From contig OZ024742.1 of assembly GCA_964016885.1 (NCBI GenBank), forward strand, positions 26,412,001 through 26,476,000: DNA of 64,000 nucleotides. Direction: 5' to 3'. How positions within the stretch are numbered: the stretch's first letter is position 1; every line of letters begins with the position of its first letter. The position numbers and the translations under genes are program-made. Positions 14,834 through 29,484 of the stretch are shown piece by piece. Source of the stretch: Eledone cirrhosa (taxonomy: Eukaryota). The notes under the pieces are model-generated. The model was not told the DNA's origin, made no database searches, and was given only the letters and a program-made list of their open reading frames with translations.

Positions 14834-16199
14834 AATGTTGGTAAATATATATATATATATATTTACCAACATTGTTTCTATAACTGTGGAAACATTAAAC
14901 TTACCTGCATTCCTGAAATTTACTTATATTATAGCTACATCATGTATGGTTAAATAACTCTTTAGAACATCTCATATCAATTAATTTACATATGGATATC
15001 AACCTGGAGAGCACCAACCTAACAGCCATGCTTTATTTGGTTACACACGGAGACACAGCTTTATATTTACTTCCGAGGGCTCAGAGGTTACAATTGGTTT
15101 TAAGTTTATTAATATTTTGTTTTGAAAGTTCTACATGTAAGACATACTTGAAGGTCCATTTTCCTCATGTTGTGTATATGTGTGTAACATCACCACCATT
15201 ACACATTCTGTTTGTTATTCATTCATGACATAATAGATTTCTTAGTCAGAATCTACTAAGGTTTTCACGAATATAACGATTTTCTGAGAATTCTCTCAGG
15301 TAGCTAAGTTAGCCATTAACATACACAGGCTCTGCTACTACTCAAAGCTTAGAAATATATCACGATTTGATACTTCTTAAGAACTAGATAAACGCGGCTC
15401 TTGTGATTGAACAGTTTTATCAATGAGATAGATGGTATTATAGCTTACATTGTCGTATATATCTTTAGTCTTCAGCTGTCTCTTTCGTCAACAATTAAGA
15501 AGCTTTTTATCGATAGATCTTCCTCTAATTGTATTGGTCATATATTTATAGAAATCTCAATTTTCAATTTGCTTTATCTTTGTAGCATTCTGGATATATA
15601 ATGCCCCATACCTTTTGAGGGTTTTTGTATTGTTTTTGGTTCATGTTTGGTGTACACATCGCAGATCAAAAATGACATTTTCTCTACGAGATATTTATTT
15701 TCATTTTCTATACGTTTTAAATAAATATACTTTGATCTCTATGACACCTTTCGAAAATGTCTATATCTATAATTTTGCTATATTACGATATATAATATCC
15801 CATTGAAACAATAGGATATATAATATCCTATTGTTTTACTTAACATACAGGTAATTGATGTTTGTAGGGTGCAAATCCACTTTAATAGCTATCATTTCAC
15901 ATTTGGCTATCCCTTTGCTTCAAATTCCTGTTTTCAGAATTATTTCAGGGTTTCAAAGCATATATATAAGGTTTCACATTATTTGATGAACATAATATTT
16001 CTGGCAATCTTACCCCTGTTCCTATATTGAATTTCATGGAATTTTCTTGATTATTGTCTTGTACTAAATGAGACTTTACAAATGCATGCGAAGTGTTCAC
16101 AATATCGTTATTTCCGCATTTGATCTGTCACGTAAATATAGAATTCATTATAGAGGATGTCCATACGTTCTGGACAGATATGTGGAATTAATGCAGTTT

Positions 16200-16362
16200 A
16201 TGTGAATCTCGTAAAGCGCATCAAACTTTGCATCACAGATGCTGGAAATCACATTCAAGATGTTATTTATTAATATTTTGAATAAATAAAATTATGTTGA
16301 TTTTTGTTCTCATTGGAAATATAATGTTTGCCTCTATGTCCAGACTTTAGAGTCACCCTGTA
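16200..16362 (+). mobile_element. Tc1/mariner 3' end remnant
   Basis: Ends in CACCCTG-TA (TIR end plus TA), preceded by a 'LCITDAGNHIQ'-like transposase C-terminal relic. Confidence 0.4.
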
Positions 16363-16998
16363 CATTATCTGTGATTTAATGTAGCTGATTCTATAGATAA
16401 ATTGAATATTATGTTGTGAAAAGTATCGTTTTTTAAGTATATTATATTTCTCATTTCATTTCAAGATGTGAGGCCCACATACATTTAAACATTTCATATA
16501 TTTTTCCAAAATGTCTGGAATCATAATTAAAGAAATATTTTACCATGGATATGCCATTCCTTTTCTATACTGGATGTTAGCTAAAGCTGCTTTGTTTGCA
16601 TTTCTCAGTTATGGTCACATAGCTGTATGTTTTAAACACAAAAGTTGACCAACAAATAAAATAACAATCAACGTTCTATTTCGACACCTGTTTATCATCC
16701 CTGGAAGAAGCAGGTTAATTTCAGGTACGCCCTTAAATATGGTACAAACAGAAATAGTATGTAGCAACCAGGTAATGTCATATTTCAACTTCCTATATTA
16801 ACCTAGATCAAAGTTTTTACTAAATTATCTGACCGTAATATATGTCCACTGCCAGGAAATCCAGGAGTAGACCCCAATCTAGACGGTTCGATAAAATCCA
16901 TGAGCTCGGCTGGCCTCGCTTGGGGATCCAGTCGGATCAATTGGAGTCGATTACATTTGACGGGAAGAAACCGCTGGTAGAAGGAATGATTGAGGATT

Positions 16999-17048
<50 letters not shown>

Positions 17049-17296
17049 TTTCTTTATTAACCACAAGGGTTTACATAAAGTAGATATTAAGGACAGTGCA
17101 GGACAATGCAGGACGGTACAAATGGGCATTTCTGCGTGTAAAAAATAAAAACAGAGGATGTAACAAAAAATAACAATGAAAAATTCCCCAATAGGGGGGA
17201 GACTTCGGAGGGACATTTGTGGAGAAAGCCCAGTAATAAGCCACAATGACCCTGACCACCAAGGCAAGTGCCCTCTCCCAGTGTTCCACCTTTAAT

Positions 17297-20200
17297 TTAC
17301 AGATATATACTCAGAGTAGGCCCATTCACTCGGGCCATTCTTGCTTCTCTCACCCATCTTTCAACAAAATGCTGGGAAGAGAGCACTTCCCTCTCTACTC
17401 TGATTTTCCTTTTCAAATGAAATTTGAAAAAGTAAATCAGAGCATCACCGAAGAGATAAGTGTTCGTCTTCAGCCCTTTCAAACGTGTCCACCATACTAT
17501 CTTTTTCGCCATGGCCACCAGACAGATAAAAACTGCCTGCCCTTCCCGGCTAAAGGAGGAGGGCGGGGCAATCCTCACGATGGACTCAGATGATAGCCGG
17601 ATCCGTCCTAAACGCGACAGCAGGTGTTCGACATAAACCCACAAGTCAGCAATTTTCGGACACTGGACGAGTGCGTGCAGGACGGTTTCGTCGCCCTGCG
17701 CGCATCTCGGACATGCCCGGTTGACGGCACCTCCATGCCTGTAAAGTTTATCCCGAACTGGCAAGGCTCTTCGGTAGCACTGCCAGGCCAGAGATTTCTG
17801 GAAGTTGTCCATAGGCCCTGGCCCGAAAGTTCTTCCGAAGAGATTGGCTAGTTGATTTTCGTCGACGCCTAGAGTTTCCCCAAGTACGTCGTCGCTCTTA
17901 CCCTCCACTAATCCTCTATAGAACGCCGAGGTGGAGTTTCCACCGATCACATTGCCCGATTGGTCGAGGGCTGTGAGCGCCTGAAGACATTCCAGTCTCC
18001 AGGCGCTCCCTCTCGGTCTTCGCTTGACCCAGGACTGCAGCTCCGTCAAGGAAACGAGCTGGGAAATACGCGACTAGCAAACGGCGACCACACCTGATCA
18101 CCGTCGAGGAAGAGGTGGAGATGTCGTAGCCAGAGCGCGTGCCTGCGCATCATCAGCCACGGCATGCCCAGCCCTCCACGTAGCGGGTTTTGACAACTGA
18201 TGGACCGCCTGACCATCGGAGCACGTCCCTTCCACAAATAGCGAAAGAGCAAACGCTCCAGCGCAGTCAGGCGAGACTTAGGACAAGGTACGACGGTCAG
18301 GCGGTAGCAGATGACAGACGCGATGTACGCGTTAGCCACCTCCGCTCGACCTTTCAGGGATAGCTTCCTCTCCGCCCATTTCTGGGTGAGAGAAGCCACC
18401 CTGCTCGTCACCTCGTCCCAGTTTTTGTCCGTCTGGAGGTCCGGACCGAACCAGACCACTAGCAATTTAACCGGTCCGTCCGTCCAGCGTCCGACGACGC
18501 TGTTGGACGGCATGGACCTGCCTCTCCAGGTGCCGAGCTGCAGGCCCACTGACTTTTCCTGGTTGATCATTGCTCCTGTCACCGCTTCGTATTCTCTTAG
18601 TGTAGTGCCGATCGCCTCGATGTGTTTGGCGTTCGACACCACTACGGTGACATCGTCCGCATATGCTGACACGGATCTTCCGCATCCTAGTTCGCGCGGG
18701 TCTCCCCTCAACGTCTCCAGTTTATGCAGTAATGGCTCGAGAGTCAATACGTACAAGAGGGACGGGAGGGGACATCCTTGGCGGCGGACCGAGCGCATGA
18801 TGTTCAACGGTTCCGACAGGTGACCGTTCACTCTCACCACAGAGCAGATGTCGCTGTGCATGGCAGCGATCCAGCCTCTGAAGACGGGCCCAAAGCCAGC
18901 CGCCCTCAGGACTGCCGCTAGGTAACGATGGTCGACCCTATCGAAAGCTTTCGACTGATCTAAATTGATCAAGGACCCACCCGTGCCAGGTTCCTTAGCT
19001 ACCCTCTCTATGATGTATCGCATGAGGTGGAGGTTGTCGTGGATGGATCTGTCGGGAATGGCGCATGTCTGCGCCTCTCCCACCAGACCACCAACGACAA
19101 GCGCCAACCTCTTTGCTAGCACCTTGGCCAAAATCTTGAACTCTGTGTTTAGCAGAGTTATGGGCCGGAAATTGTCTATGTTATCCCCCTTGTTCGGATC
19201 CTTTCTCAGCAGTGCCACCGCTCCTCGGCTCACAGAACGGGGAATTCTCCCGTCCTGTTGCCAGTTGCAGTAGACGTCCGCCGAGAGGCCTCCGAACAAG
19301 TCTGGCATCTGTACGTAAAGTTCATAGGGCAGACCATCCAAACCAGGCGATTTACCCCTTGTGCAGCCAGTCATTACCTCCCTTACTTCAGCGGCTGTTA
19401 TCGGCTTTTCGCAACACTTCGCCTCAGTGGCCGAGAGCCGCGGCAGTCCGTCGAGGTAGACACTAACGTCCATCCCTCTACCCGGCCCACCGCTGCCCCC
19501 GAACAGCTGAGCGAAGTGTCGCTGAAAAGCTTCACACATTTGCCCGGGATCGAGTAGCATGCGCCCGTCGTGGTCCACCAAAGACCGGATCGTGGCTTTG
19601 TTGCCACGACGCGCCTCCGCCACTCGGGCCCATTGAACGGCTTTCGTCCCCTGGTGTCTTAGAGCACGCACCCTTGCTTTGACAACGCAGCCTTCGTGCT
19701 TTTGCATTGAAGAATTGGTCAAGGGCCAATTTCGCCGCAAGCACGTCGGTCGCAATGCCTTTGCTAAGCGCCTCGTCTAATTTTCTGACTAGTTCTCCCT
19801 CTGCTCTATTTTTCTCTATTGCTAAAGCCTTACTAAACCTAATCGATTCTATTCTAATCGCTCTTTTCAGAGCAAACCACCACTTGTTGTTGACGATGGC
19901 CCCCGTCAACGCCCGCTTAACTAGTTCGCTAATCCGGTCTCTGTAGGCCTTGCGCGCTGGTAAGGACGCGTTTAGCTTCCAGTAGCCGGGTCCTCGTCTA
20001 TGAAGCCTATCTAAGTCAAGCACACAGATCACGAATTTGTGGTCCGTGTAGCTGACTATCTTGATTTGTGGACAGCCTATGCTAGACCTATCTATTTCCC
20101 TACAAAATACTCTATCTAGATATGATCTGGATGACCCTATGCGATTTGTCCAAGTCCACATTGGCGCATTCGGGAAATCCAATCGGTACCTGTCAGACAG

Positions 20201-20719
20201 TTCAAAACGCCTGAGCAGGTTGGTGAGACTCTTGCACCCTCCACCCCTATCCGCTAATCCCACACAGTCCCAGCGTGCATCTAAGATCCCGTTCCAGTCG
20301 CCCACTAACACTAAAGAGCGGGACGTTCCAAGAAAGGTCTCCAGACGCCGGAAGAAATCAGGCCGCCCTGCTCCTGTCGGGGCATAGACGGCCACTAGCC
20401 TGAAAGCTTGCCCGTCTCCGCTGGTCACGTCCAGCACCACCAGCTTACCCTCTGGGTCCAGGAAGATGGCCCGTATGGCGAGATCCAAACCTCTCCGAAA
20501 AAGCACAGCAACTCCTCCACCCGATCCAGGACGGCTGGGAGATGCGTACACATCGTAGCCGCCGAAGATCGTTGCGAAGGCCCGTGCTTCGGAGATTCTG
20601 GTCTCGCTGATGGCCACTACATCTATGTTTAGTGACCTGAGGTCGTTGAGCAGGTGACCCTGCTTCCATGACGACCCCAAGCCACGCGCATTTATGCTGC
20701 CTATTCTGAGTGAGGTCAT
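17297..20719 (-). pseudogene. Tx1/L1 ORF2: APE endonuclease, reverse transcriptase and C-terminal Zn motif; two frameshifts (~19700 and ~18050)
   Basis: APE motifs SINARGL, ISET, VYAP, GDWN, YLDR and TDH (19532-20719). RT motifs KSPGLDG, FRPITLLN, DQSKAFD, QGCPL and YADD (18046-19755). CPRC...HALVQC (17297-18049). Confidence 0.95.
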
Positions 20720-20754
20720 GTTTAAAATAGAGTGGAAAAGATGGGAAAGACCAT

Positions 20755-22839
20755 TTACCCTACTTTTGGTAGAGGAGGGATGGTTTTTACATCCCTTTTC
20801 ACTTGATCGTCTGGTGAAGGGACCGTTGAATCGTCCCTTCGGCTGGTCGTCGGCTCTTCTAAGAGAATGTCTGAATATACTCTTCGATTGATGGTTCCTC
20901 CTAGGTCCCTGAAATCACCAACCGCGTTGGAGAATTTCGTTTTAATGTTTGTGTATTGTTTCTGTGCTATTTTTAGCAGTCTTATGTTAGTTGGCGTTTT
21001 GATTGGTGCTGGTATTATGTAGTCGTGTTGTGAAATGTCTGTGTTCAATTATGTAAGTCATTAGTTTCTTGTTGTGTGTATTTATTGCCGTGCATTTGTT
21101 TTTCTGGGGGTGGGGTGTGGTTCTGCTATTTTCTTGTCGTTGTTGCTGGGTGTGTGTGTTTTGTTGTTGTGTTTGCGATGTTGGTGCTTGTGGTGGTGGT
21201 GTTGAAGGTGTTGTTGGCGGTGGGGTTGTCGGCGGTGGTGATGGTGGTGCTAGTGTGGGTGGTGATGGTGTTGGTGGTGTTGCTGCTGTGGGTCTCTTTG
21301 CAGTAGACTTTACCCTTTTCTCATTTCTTTCCTCCCTTTTCAAAGGCGACGATGCGCTGCTTCTGCGTTTGTGCCTTCTTACGACCTTTTGCCATCCCTC
21401 TCCCACCTCACACTCCATGTCTGATTCTGTGAGGTCGGGGAGGGGTACCAGCTCCACTCTTTCACTTGTTGTTGTTGGTGATGTTTGCACTGGAGTCTCT
21501 GTTGCAGCTGCATTTGGTATTGCTGTTGTTGTTGTTAATATTTCCACTGCTGCTGCTGTTTTTGATTTCCGTGGCGTGGTATGGGTGCCACGGACCTATC
21601 GTTCCTGGTTGCCGCTTGTCCTGTTGCTGGTAGCCGTGGAGCCGGATTCGGAAGGAGGGGGGTTTTCTCCTTTCTCAGGGTCTTCTCGTTACAGAAGGCC
21701 CTGAGGTGAGTCTTCGATCCACAGCGAAAGCATTTCGGGCGTTTGCCCTCAAGACTTATGGGCAGTTGAGTGCCGTTATCGAAGTCTATCACATCCGGGA
21801 TAGCTTCGATGCACTCCTGGTTGGTTTGGATTAGCATCTCAATGGAGGTGCCGACCCAATTTTCTCTTACTTTTTTCTGTACTTGCAGTACAGTTGTTTT
21901 GTCCTCGATTCCGACGAGGACAGACGCGGCCAACCAAGAAGGGGCCATTCCGGGGGGGACGTGGGTCAGTTTGACCCTCACCATTTTTTGCCCGCAGTAG
22001 GAGGGCACCAACACCATTTCCTCGCTCCTTAGGGTCACTACAGATAGGGCCTTTGCCTCCTGGGGTGTAGCAAAAAGTACGTCTACGGTGGCATATTTTT
22101 TGCCTCGGGTGATGTGCGTTTTCCGCTGCCACACAGACCCCAAGGCTTTTTGTATTTGGGCCTCTGTGGCTCTTTCCACCCTACGGGATTTTGTACTTAC
22201 TGTACGGTACGTGACCGTACAGTGCTCTTGGGTTTCGAAAACATTTTCCGCTGCCTTGCAGATTGCTCGGTGTCCATTCTTTGTCACCATCTTCTTCGCT
22301 TCCTCTAATTCCTCATTTGTTATGAGGATTGTTTCCAAGTTTTTCGCAATACCTGCAAATGAGATTGGTTTTTCTTTGCTGCTGTTGTTGTCGTCAGAGC
22401 TTTTGTTGTTGCTGCAGGTACTACGACTACTGCCTTCGCCGCTGTTGCTGTGGTTGTTGTTGGTGTTGCTGCTGCTAATGCTGTTGTTGTTTATGCTGCT
22501 GGTGATGCTGTTGCGGCTGATACTGTTGTTTTCATTGTCACTGTTGCTGTTGTTATTACGGCTGCTACTGCTATTATTCCTGACGTCAGACGAATGAACT
22601 GGGTTTTCGTATTTCCCGCACACCTGTTTCGTCACTGTCGTCGTCGTCGTGGAGAAACCTTGCACGCTTTGCACGAGACTTTTCTTTTCTTTCGTCGCTT
22701 GCGAAAGAGAAGGGAGGGAGAGAGACACATTTAAAGAAGGGAGGGAGAGAGACAATCTTCTCTCTGCTGTAGTGATGATTGAGGAAGAAGAAGACGGAAT
22801 GAGTGGGAGTGACCTATGCAAATTCTTTTTCGTAGCCAT
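20755..22839 (-). pseudogene. Tx1/L1 ORF1 (gag-like nucleic-acid-binding protein), frameshifted
   Basis: ORF 21535-22839 contains the CX2CX4HX4C knuckle CFRCGSKTHLRAFC. It continues in other frames (20987-21547 with 'GWQKVVRRHKRR' and a Pro/Thr-rich tail; 20755-21048). Confidence 0.85.
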
Positions 22840-23409
22840 GTTGACTTTTTTTGTTTAAAATAAATATTGGGTACAAAACCCCAATAAGCAGTTATTTAAC
22901 CCCGAAGGGCCAAATAACGGGTAGAAAGACCCCTCTCACGAGGAGGAGGGTGTTTTTGTCTACAAGTTGGTCTAAGTTTTAAACAATTTACAATTGTTAA
23001 AGCGTTCAAAATTTACAGTACCTTACAGAGCCGAGCCTCCGTCAACCATAGTATTCAATAATAATAATAAGAAGAAGAAGAAGAAGAAAAGAAGAAGAAG
23101 AAGAAGAAGAAGAAGAAGAAGAAGAAGAAGAAGAAGAAGAAGAAGAAGAAGAAGAAGAAGAAGAAGAAGAAGAAGATGATGATGATGATGATGATGATCT
23201 GTATCACATTAGTTACATTCCACAAATGTAGAATTAAGTTATGTATATTTATGTTCAAGGTTTTGATATTGCTGACGTCAACTCTGCTGTTAATTGTACT
23301 TCCTGTTGTTAAATGAAATAGGTGTCACTTATATACTGTAGGGGATATAATCAATTATATCTCACCTCACACAGTTATGACGATTTATGCCTAGATCGAA
23401 TAAATATTT

Positions 23410-23815
23410 CAACTTTTGGCACGAGATCAGCAATCTGAAGGAAAGGGAAAAGTCAATTAAATCAACCCCATTGAGGCGCTGGTCCTATATAGTATCGACC
23501 CCGTAAGGATGACAGGCAAAGATAACCCGGCGGGATTTGAAATAATCTGGCGCAAATTATGTTGTCTGACGCTTTACCAATACTGCCAATCCAGCGCCCA
23601 CAAATTATACTTTCTCGTTTAGGCACAAGGCCAGCAATTTGAAGGGTAGGGAAGGTCAATTAAATCGACCTCAGTACGTTATTGGTACTTTGTTTTATCG
23701 GTCACGTAAGGGAAAAATAAACTCAGCAGGATTTGAAATCAGAACGCAAAGGGCCGAAACTCTATGCTTTGAAACATGGTGTCCGACGCTCTACAAATAC
23801 TACTAATACACCACT
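23410..23815 (-). mobile_element. Two tandem SINE copies
   Basis: ggcacaaggccagcaattt...tcgaccccgtaaggatg...ggatttgaa...gacgctctac. Confidence 0.75.
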
Positions 23816-24082
23816 CTATATCTAGATATAGTGTCTCTCGCTCTAGAGATACTATTAATACACACCTCTATGTCAACATATATTGTTTGACCCTCTACAG
23901 ATGGCACTAATCCATAACATTATGTCTATATATGTTGTCTGACGCTCTACAGATACCAGTAATACACCACTCTGTCTTATGTTGCCAGACGCTCTACAGA
24001 TAGTACTAATACACGACTGTATGTCTAGATATGTTGTCTGACACTCTACAAATGCTACCAATATACCACTCTATGTCTACAT
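23778..24082. repeat. ~50-bp tandem repeat derived from the SINE 5' head
   Basis: tgttgtctgacgctctacagatac..taatacaccactctatgtcta is repeated 5-6 times, contiguous with the SINE start. Confidence 0.75.
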
Positions 24083-26142
24083 ATAGACTCCATATCTAGA
24101 TATAATACTATCATATTTACATCAGAGTTAAAATTCAGAGAATATTATTGGTTTACTTATCGTTACGTACTGCGTTCAAACATATTCACCTTTTACTTTA
24201 TCGCCTTTATATCGCCAAGATGGTTTATGGTCGACTTAACAAACTACTTTCTTTTCAAAGTGTGTGATATTTTCCTAAATATGACATGATTATATTACAT
24301 ATATTTTGTACAATATATTATAAACTTTTATTTCATATATTCAACACTGCATATCTGTGACATTTACCTTTACTCACTATTTCCAACTTACATCATTTCA
24401 ATTGCATTTTACATATTTTATATTACAATGAATATAATTATTGATTTTTCATACTGTTTTCTTAAACTTTTCCTTCATTTATTTTTTACAATCTATGTAC
24501 AGGCATAACATTTCTCTAGTACCTTTTTAATAGTTTTTATTCAATATATACGCATACAAATGTCTCAGACCCTTTTTAGAATGTTACAATCAGTCTACGG
24601 GTATAACGTGCCCCAGCCGCTGTTTTTGGACTTTATATTCAATCTACATGTATAAGTTATCACAGTGTCTTTTTTTTGGTCATTACATTCAATCTATAGG
24701 TATGTCATGCCACAGGACATCGTATGGACTCAGCCTTTGAAAAGGATTAATCCTCTGCCTTCCTCTTACCAACAACATAGCGAACTATTGTTATTAACGT
24801 CTAGTGTACTACTAATTTCGGTTCTATATTGTTCTCTATATTTAAACCCCAACCTCCATCTTCTCATTTTGAAACGATATGTTGCGACCAGTAGGACGAG
24901 TTTCACCTTACCTGGAAAAAGATTGATGTCTCGGATCTTGTCGCTTCAAACCAGTCAGTATGTTTATACAAAAAATGCCCTTTGTGCAAATTTAATGAAA
25001 TCCTTATTATCAATATAATAATTTTCATAGATGTTAAATTAACGGTGATGAAGGTACAGTCTATAAGCATGCTCAATTTCTGATAAGTTTTGAAAACAAA
25101 TCTAAAGATAATTCACTGTCAAGTTTATTTACTGAAGAATGCATGGTTGTTAATGATATGTGACCGTCTTAAGAGAATACAGAGGTTCTCTCATTATGAA
25201 TTACACAAAGTAATTTGCTTGACCAAAATGTGCAGATGACTCGCTGTCAAATGTGAAATTATAATTTGGCAATATTTTTCACTGTATAAGGTCCAATTTC
25301 CTATTGAAATGACTTCGATGAAATATTCATAGACTTGTCACATACTTATCTACCAATAAAGAAATATCGTATAAAATGATATTTAATAAAATGCTTATAA
25401 AAGTTTGAAATATAAAATATGTCGTATTTCAAGAGTTATGTTGGAGCAAAACTATGTACATATTTAGAACCAGTGTCGAAAGAGCATTCGAAAAAGGCAA
25501 ATTACGTATCCCAGTTTACAAAGAAAATGTGAATTTCGTTGATCAATATTATTGCTACATTGCGATCACAATTTATTATACAATCTTTTGTGTCTATTTT
25601 GAAGCGTCAGGTGTGAAAAGTTAAAAGCGAAATATAATAAATATATTTATAACCTAGCGTTGTTTTTCTTTGTTTTACCTTTGATGTATGTCCAGTGAAT
25701 AGGTGAAACGTTCCTAATAATTCTTGCCAATTAATTCTTCCACAATAGAGAATTATGATCTAAAATATCAATATTAACAATAGTGTTCAGAATAGAAGTA
25801 ATTTAATTTCTAATTTTGCTATCATACAGAATACATTAGCATTTCTTTGGCAGATGTTCACAGTGACAATATCTTCATTTCTTATTATTCTGAACCTCTC
25901 ATTGAACTTCCGTCCAAACTCTGTCTAAAAGTATGCCTCGCCCTGCCTTTATTTGATAGATTCAGAACAGTTGACTAGAAACAGAGCCTGAAATCTGAAT
26001 TTAAGGCCAACGAGGTGATTGCCATTTTCACCCATCTTTGAAACAAACTGTCTAATAGAGAGATAGATAAACAGATATATTGATTGTTAAGTAGATAGAT
26101 TGATAAAGAGTAATGCTAGAGAAAATAAACACACACGCACAG

Positions 26143-26177
<35 letters not shown>

Positions 26178-26328
26178 CATGCATCTATATGTACACATAG
26201 ATATATAGACACACACACACACACATATATATATATATGTATACATATGTATACATATGTATACATATGTACTGCCTCTCTGTTTTGTCCCTGTTCAAAT
26301 TTTTCCATTATATATATATATATTTTCC

Positions 26329-26480
<152 letters not shown>

Positions 26481-28490
26481 TATACACACACACAAACACA
26501 TATATATATATTTATTTATATATATATCTCCATATATCCATATATTTATATTATACAGCGATACTGAGCTAAATCTAAAGGTCTACTGACATCTGTATAA
26601 TATTCAGCCACAATATAATTCTATTATTGTAGCAATTGTCAATAGACAAATAAACTTTCGAATATTAATTGCCCAAACACTGCACTTGATCATTGTATAC
26701 GATGACAGCGCTTCTCAAATATTTGGCATACTCACTGAATGTGTAAATGGCGATGAGACGGTAATGTAATGTAATGGCGTGACTTGAACCGGTCATCATA
26801 TTTCCCCTGAAGCGCTATTACAACAAAACTTCATTAGGGTAGCTTGTTACCGCCAACGTCTGCTGAATACGAATGAGCCTAAACGGATTGTACGGTGTGT
26901 CAAAAATATGTAGGAATTATTGGTCGAGAGGAAATAAATATGTGACATTTCAGTCACTATAAATTAAAACATTTTTCTGATAAATTTGATTTTCTATTCT
27001 GCACATCTATTGTTTTACGTGACGTTAATTTTGTTTGGAAGAAAATTGTTTACGAGAAGAAAGTTTTTCTCCGAATAAACTCAATATTCCCGTTAAGGTT
27101 TTCAGTTTCGCTTACACCTGGTTCTTTTGATGAGCAAAGTGACACCTCTTATATTCTTTTTTTCGATTAAGGAGAAGGTAGTTTAGTCTTCCTGGGTCTC
27201 TTTGGCCTGCATCCACAAAGGCTCTTATTTTGGGGTCAGGAACAACGGTTCATTCTAATCTAATACTAATCTAATACAACAGAATGGACTCTACTAAAGG
27301 TAACGATTGTTAGTTTTGGATTGTAAGGTAATCGATTGAGGTTACCATCTAATTAGGCCACTGCAATATGTTAACGGGGAACACGAAGTGGTGGAACAAG
27401 GAGGGTATGCCAAATTTATTGTTATTTCGCATGACGCTCTGCCGCTTCTGTCCACTAGGAGTATATTCTTTTATTTAAATGCAACAAATTCACACTTCAT
27501 TGACAACTAAGACTTCAACATTAGTTCAAAGAACCAACGAAGGAACTTCTAACTTACCAGAACCAGTAGCACAGTTTACTTGAAAACACTCCTTGCTGTC
27601 TTGAAAAGAAAATGTCAGGTTTATATAACATATATCTACATAGATTGTCTAAAGTAAAGGATAATTACCTTTCATCATACGTCTCTTTATTTATGAATTA
27701 GATAGAGTGACACAACAAGAGTAACAAGTTTGGTTAAATAGTGAATCTACATTTCTATTCAACTTGCTGGAAATAATAGTAAAACCTATCTGAATTCAAA
27801 CCACGCCACCTTAAATAAGGAAGGTGAGTGATATTAGAAGAAATTAGATAAAGTAAACCTGAAAAAATATTAAAATGAGTGAACCCTGGCTGGATTATGA
27901 GGCTCAGCAGGAAACTCTAATGGCAAATATGATTTGTACTTGTAATTCAATGGTCCAGTCTTGTCGTAACATGTATCATATTGAATCTCTTTGCCAAACC
28001 CGTTAGTGGTACATGTGGCGTTTGAATGTTCAGCCATATGTTCATTAATTTTACGGACAGGCAGTTCCATTGACCTTTATCAACCCTGAAGGATGTCAAG
28101 TAGTAATAAAATAGTTCAAAAGATGGTTTAACTTGAACCTTTAAAAAATGGGCATTTTATATTTTTATTTACTGTGAAGCATGCATACTTTTCAAAATAT
28201 CTGTTTATATAATTGCTGCAAATGATTCATGTTTCTAATTCGTAATTTCCCCCAATGTATATTGCAGAGCTGACGAAGGTGTGCACGATGTTTCTAGTTT
28301 TACTACGAATAAGAAAAGGCACCTTACATTGTCCCAGGGCTTAGGATTTCATCTTGAAATTCAGCTAACTAGGTACGTAATTGTGGCATAAAATATAGAC
28401 ATACACACATATGCATAAATATTATTTGTTATATATTAAGATAACACTTATGGCAACAGCAACTACAACAGACATTTGAATGTGTATATA

Positions 28491-28547
<57 letters not shown>

Positions 28548-28631
28548 TTACACAAGTACCCACACACTTCTCTGTCTGTCTCTCTTCTCGCTCTCTCTCG
28601 CTCTCTCTCTCTCTCTCTCTTTCTATATGTA

Positions 28632-28718
<87 letters not shown>

Positions 28719-28719
28719 A

Positions 28720-28792
<73 letters not shown>

Positions 28793-28832
28793 GTATATAT
28801 TATTGGCAACATGACCCTCCCAAAGTATAACA

Positions 28833-28908
<76 letters not shown>

Positions 28909-28919
28909 ATTATTATTAT

Positions 28920-29172
28920 TATGTAATAAACAACATAAGGCAATTATTCCATTTACCAGTGGTTTCTTAAAAGCAGAAGGTTTTGCTTTCAATCCTCAGA
29001 ATGAACAAATTCTGAGGATTGAAAGCAAAGACTTTTGCTTTTAAGAAACCACTGGTAAATGGAATAATTGCCTTATGTTGTTTATTACATAATAATAATA
29101 ATTAAGCTCTGTTGCCTACATAGAGCACTCTTTTTTCCTGGACTTTTCCGATGGAATTACTTCATTCACACA
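28920..29172. mobile_element. Fold-back Penelope pLTR stub with two opposed hammerheads (family B; 28947-29005 minus, ~29009-29063 plus)
   Basis: ttcatt-CTGAGGA-ttgaaagc...gcttttaa-GAAA-ccactgg-TA-aatgga. Same family as the pLTRs at 42976-43135 and 45468-45555. Flanked by (TA)n. Confidence 0.85.
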
Positions 29173-29185
29173 TATATATATATAC

Positions 29186-29372
<187 letters not shown>

Positions 29373-29484
29373 TATATGAGATATTTATTGATTTCATCAA
29401 ATATATTTTTTTATCTCCTGCATTCTGCAACGTCGGTCTAAAAACATTTATAGAATAGGATTGTTTTTAGATCTTATGGGCCAA

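Larger units (their letters stand above)
17046..23057 (-). mobile_element. Near full-length L1-clade (Tx1-like) non-LTR retrotransposon, about 6 kb
   Basis: Two-ORF layout on the minus strand. AATAAA lies just before an (ATT)n tail (17002-17045). The 5' end abuts an (AAT)n(GAA)n(GAT)n tract at 23058-23197. Ends are approximate. Confidence 0.93.

Noticed and set aside
24665-25100. 117-aa plus-strand ORF and a minus-strand CAG|GTAAG donor at ~24912
   Set aside because: No recognisable homology and no partner exons. It cannot be supported without RNA data.
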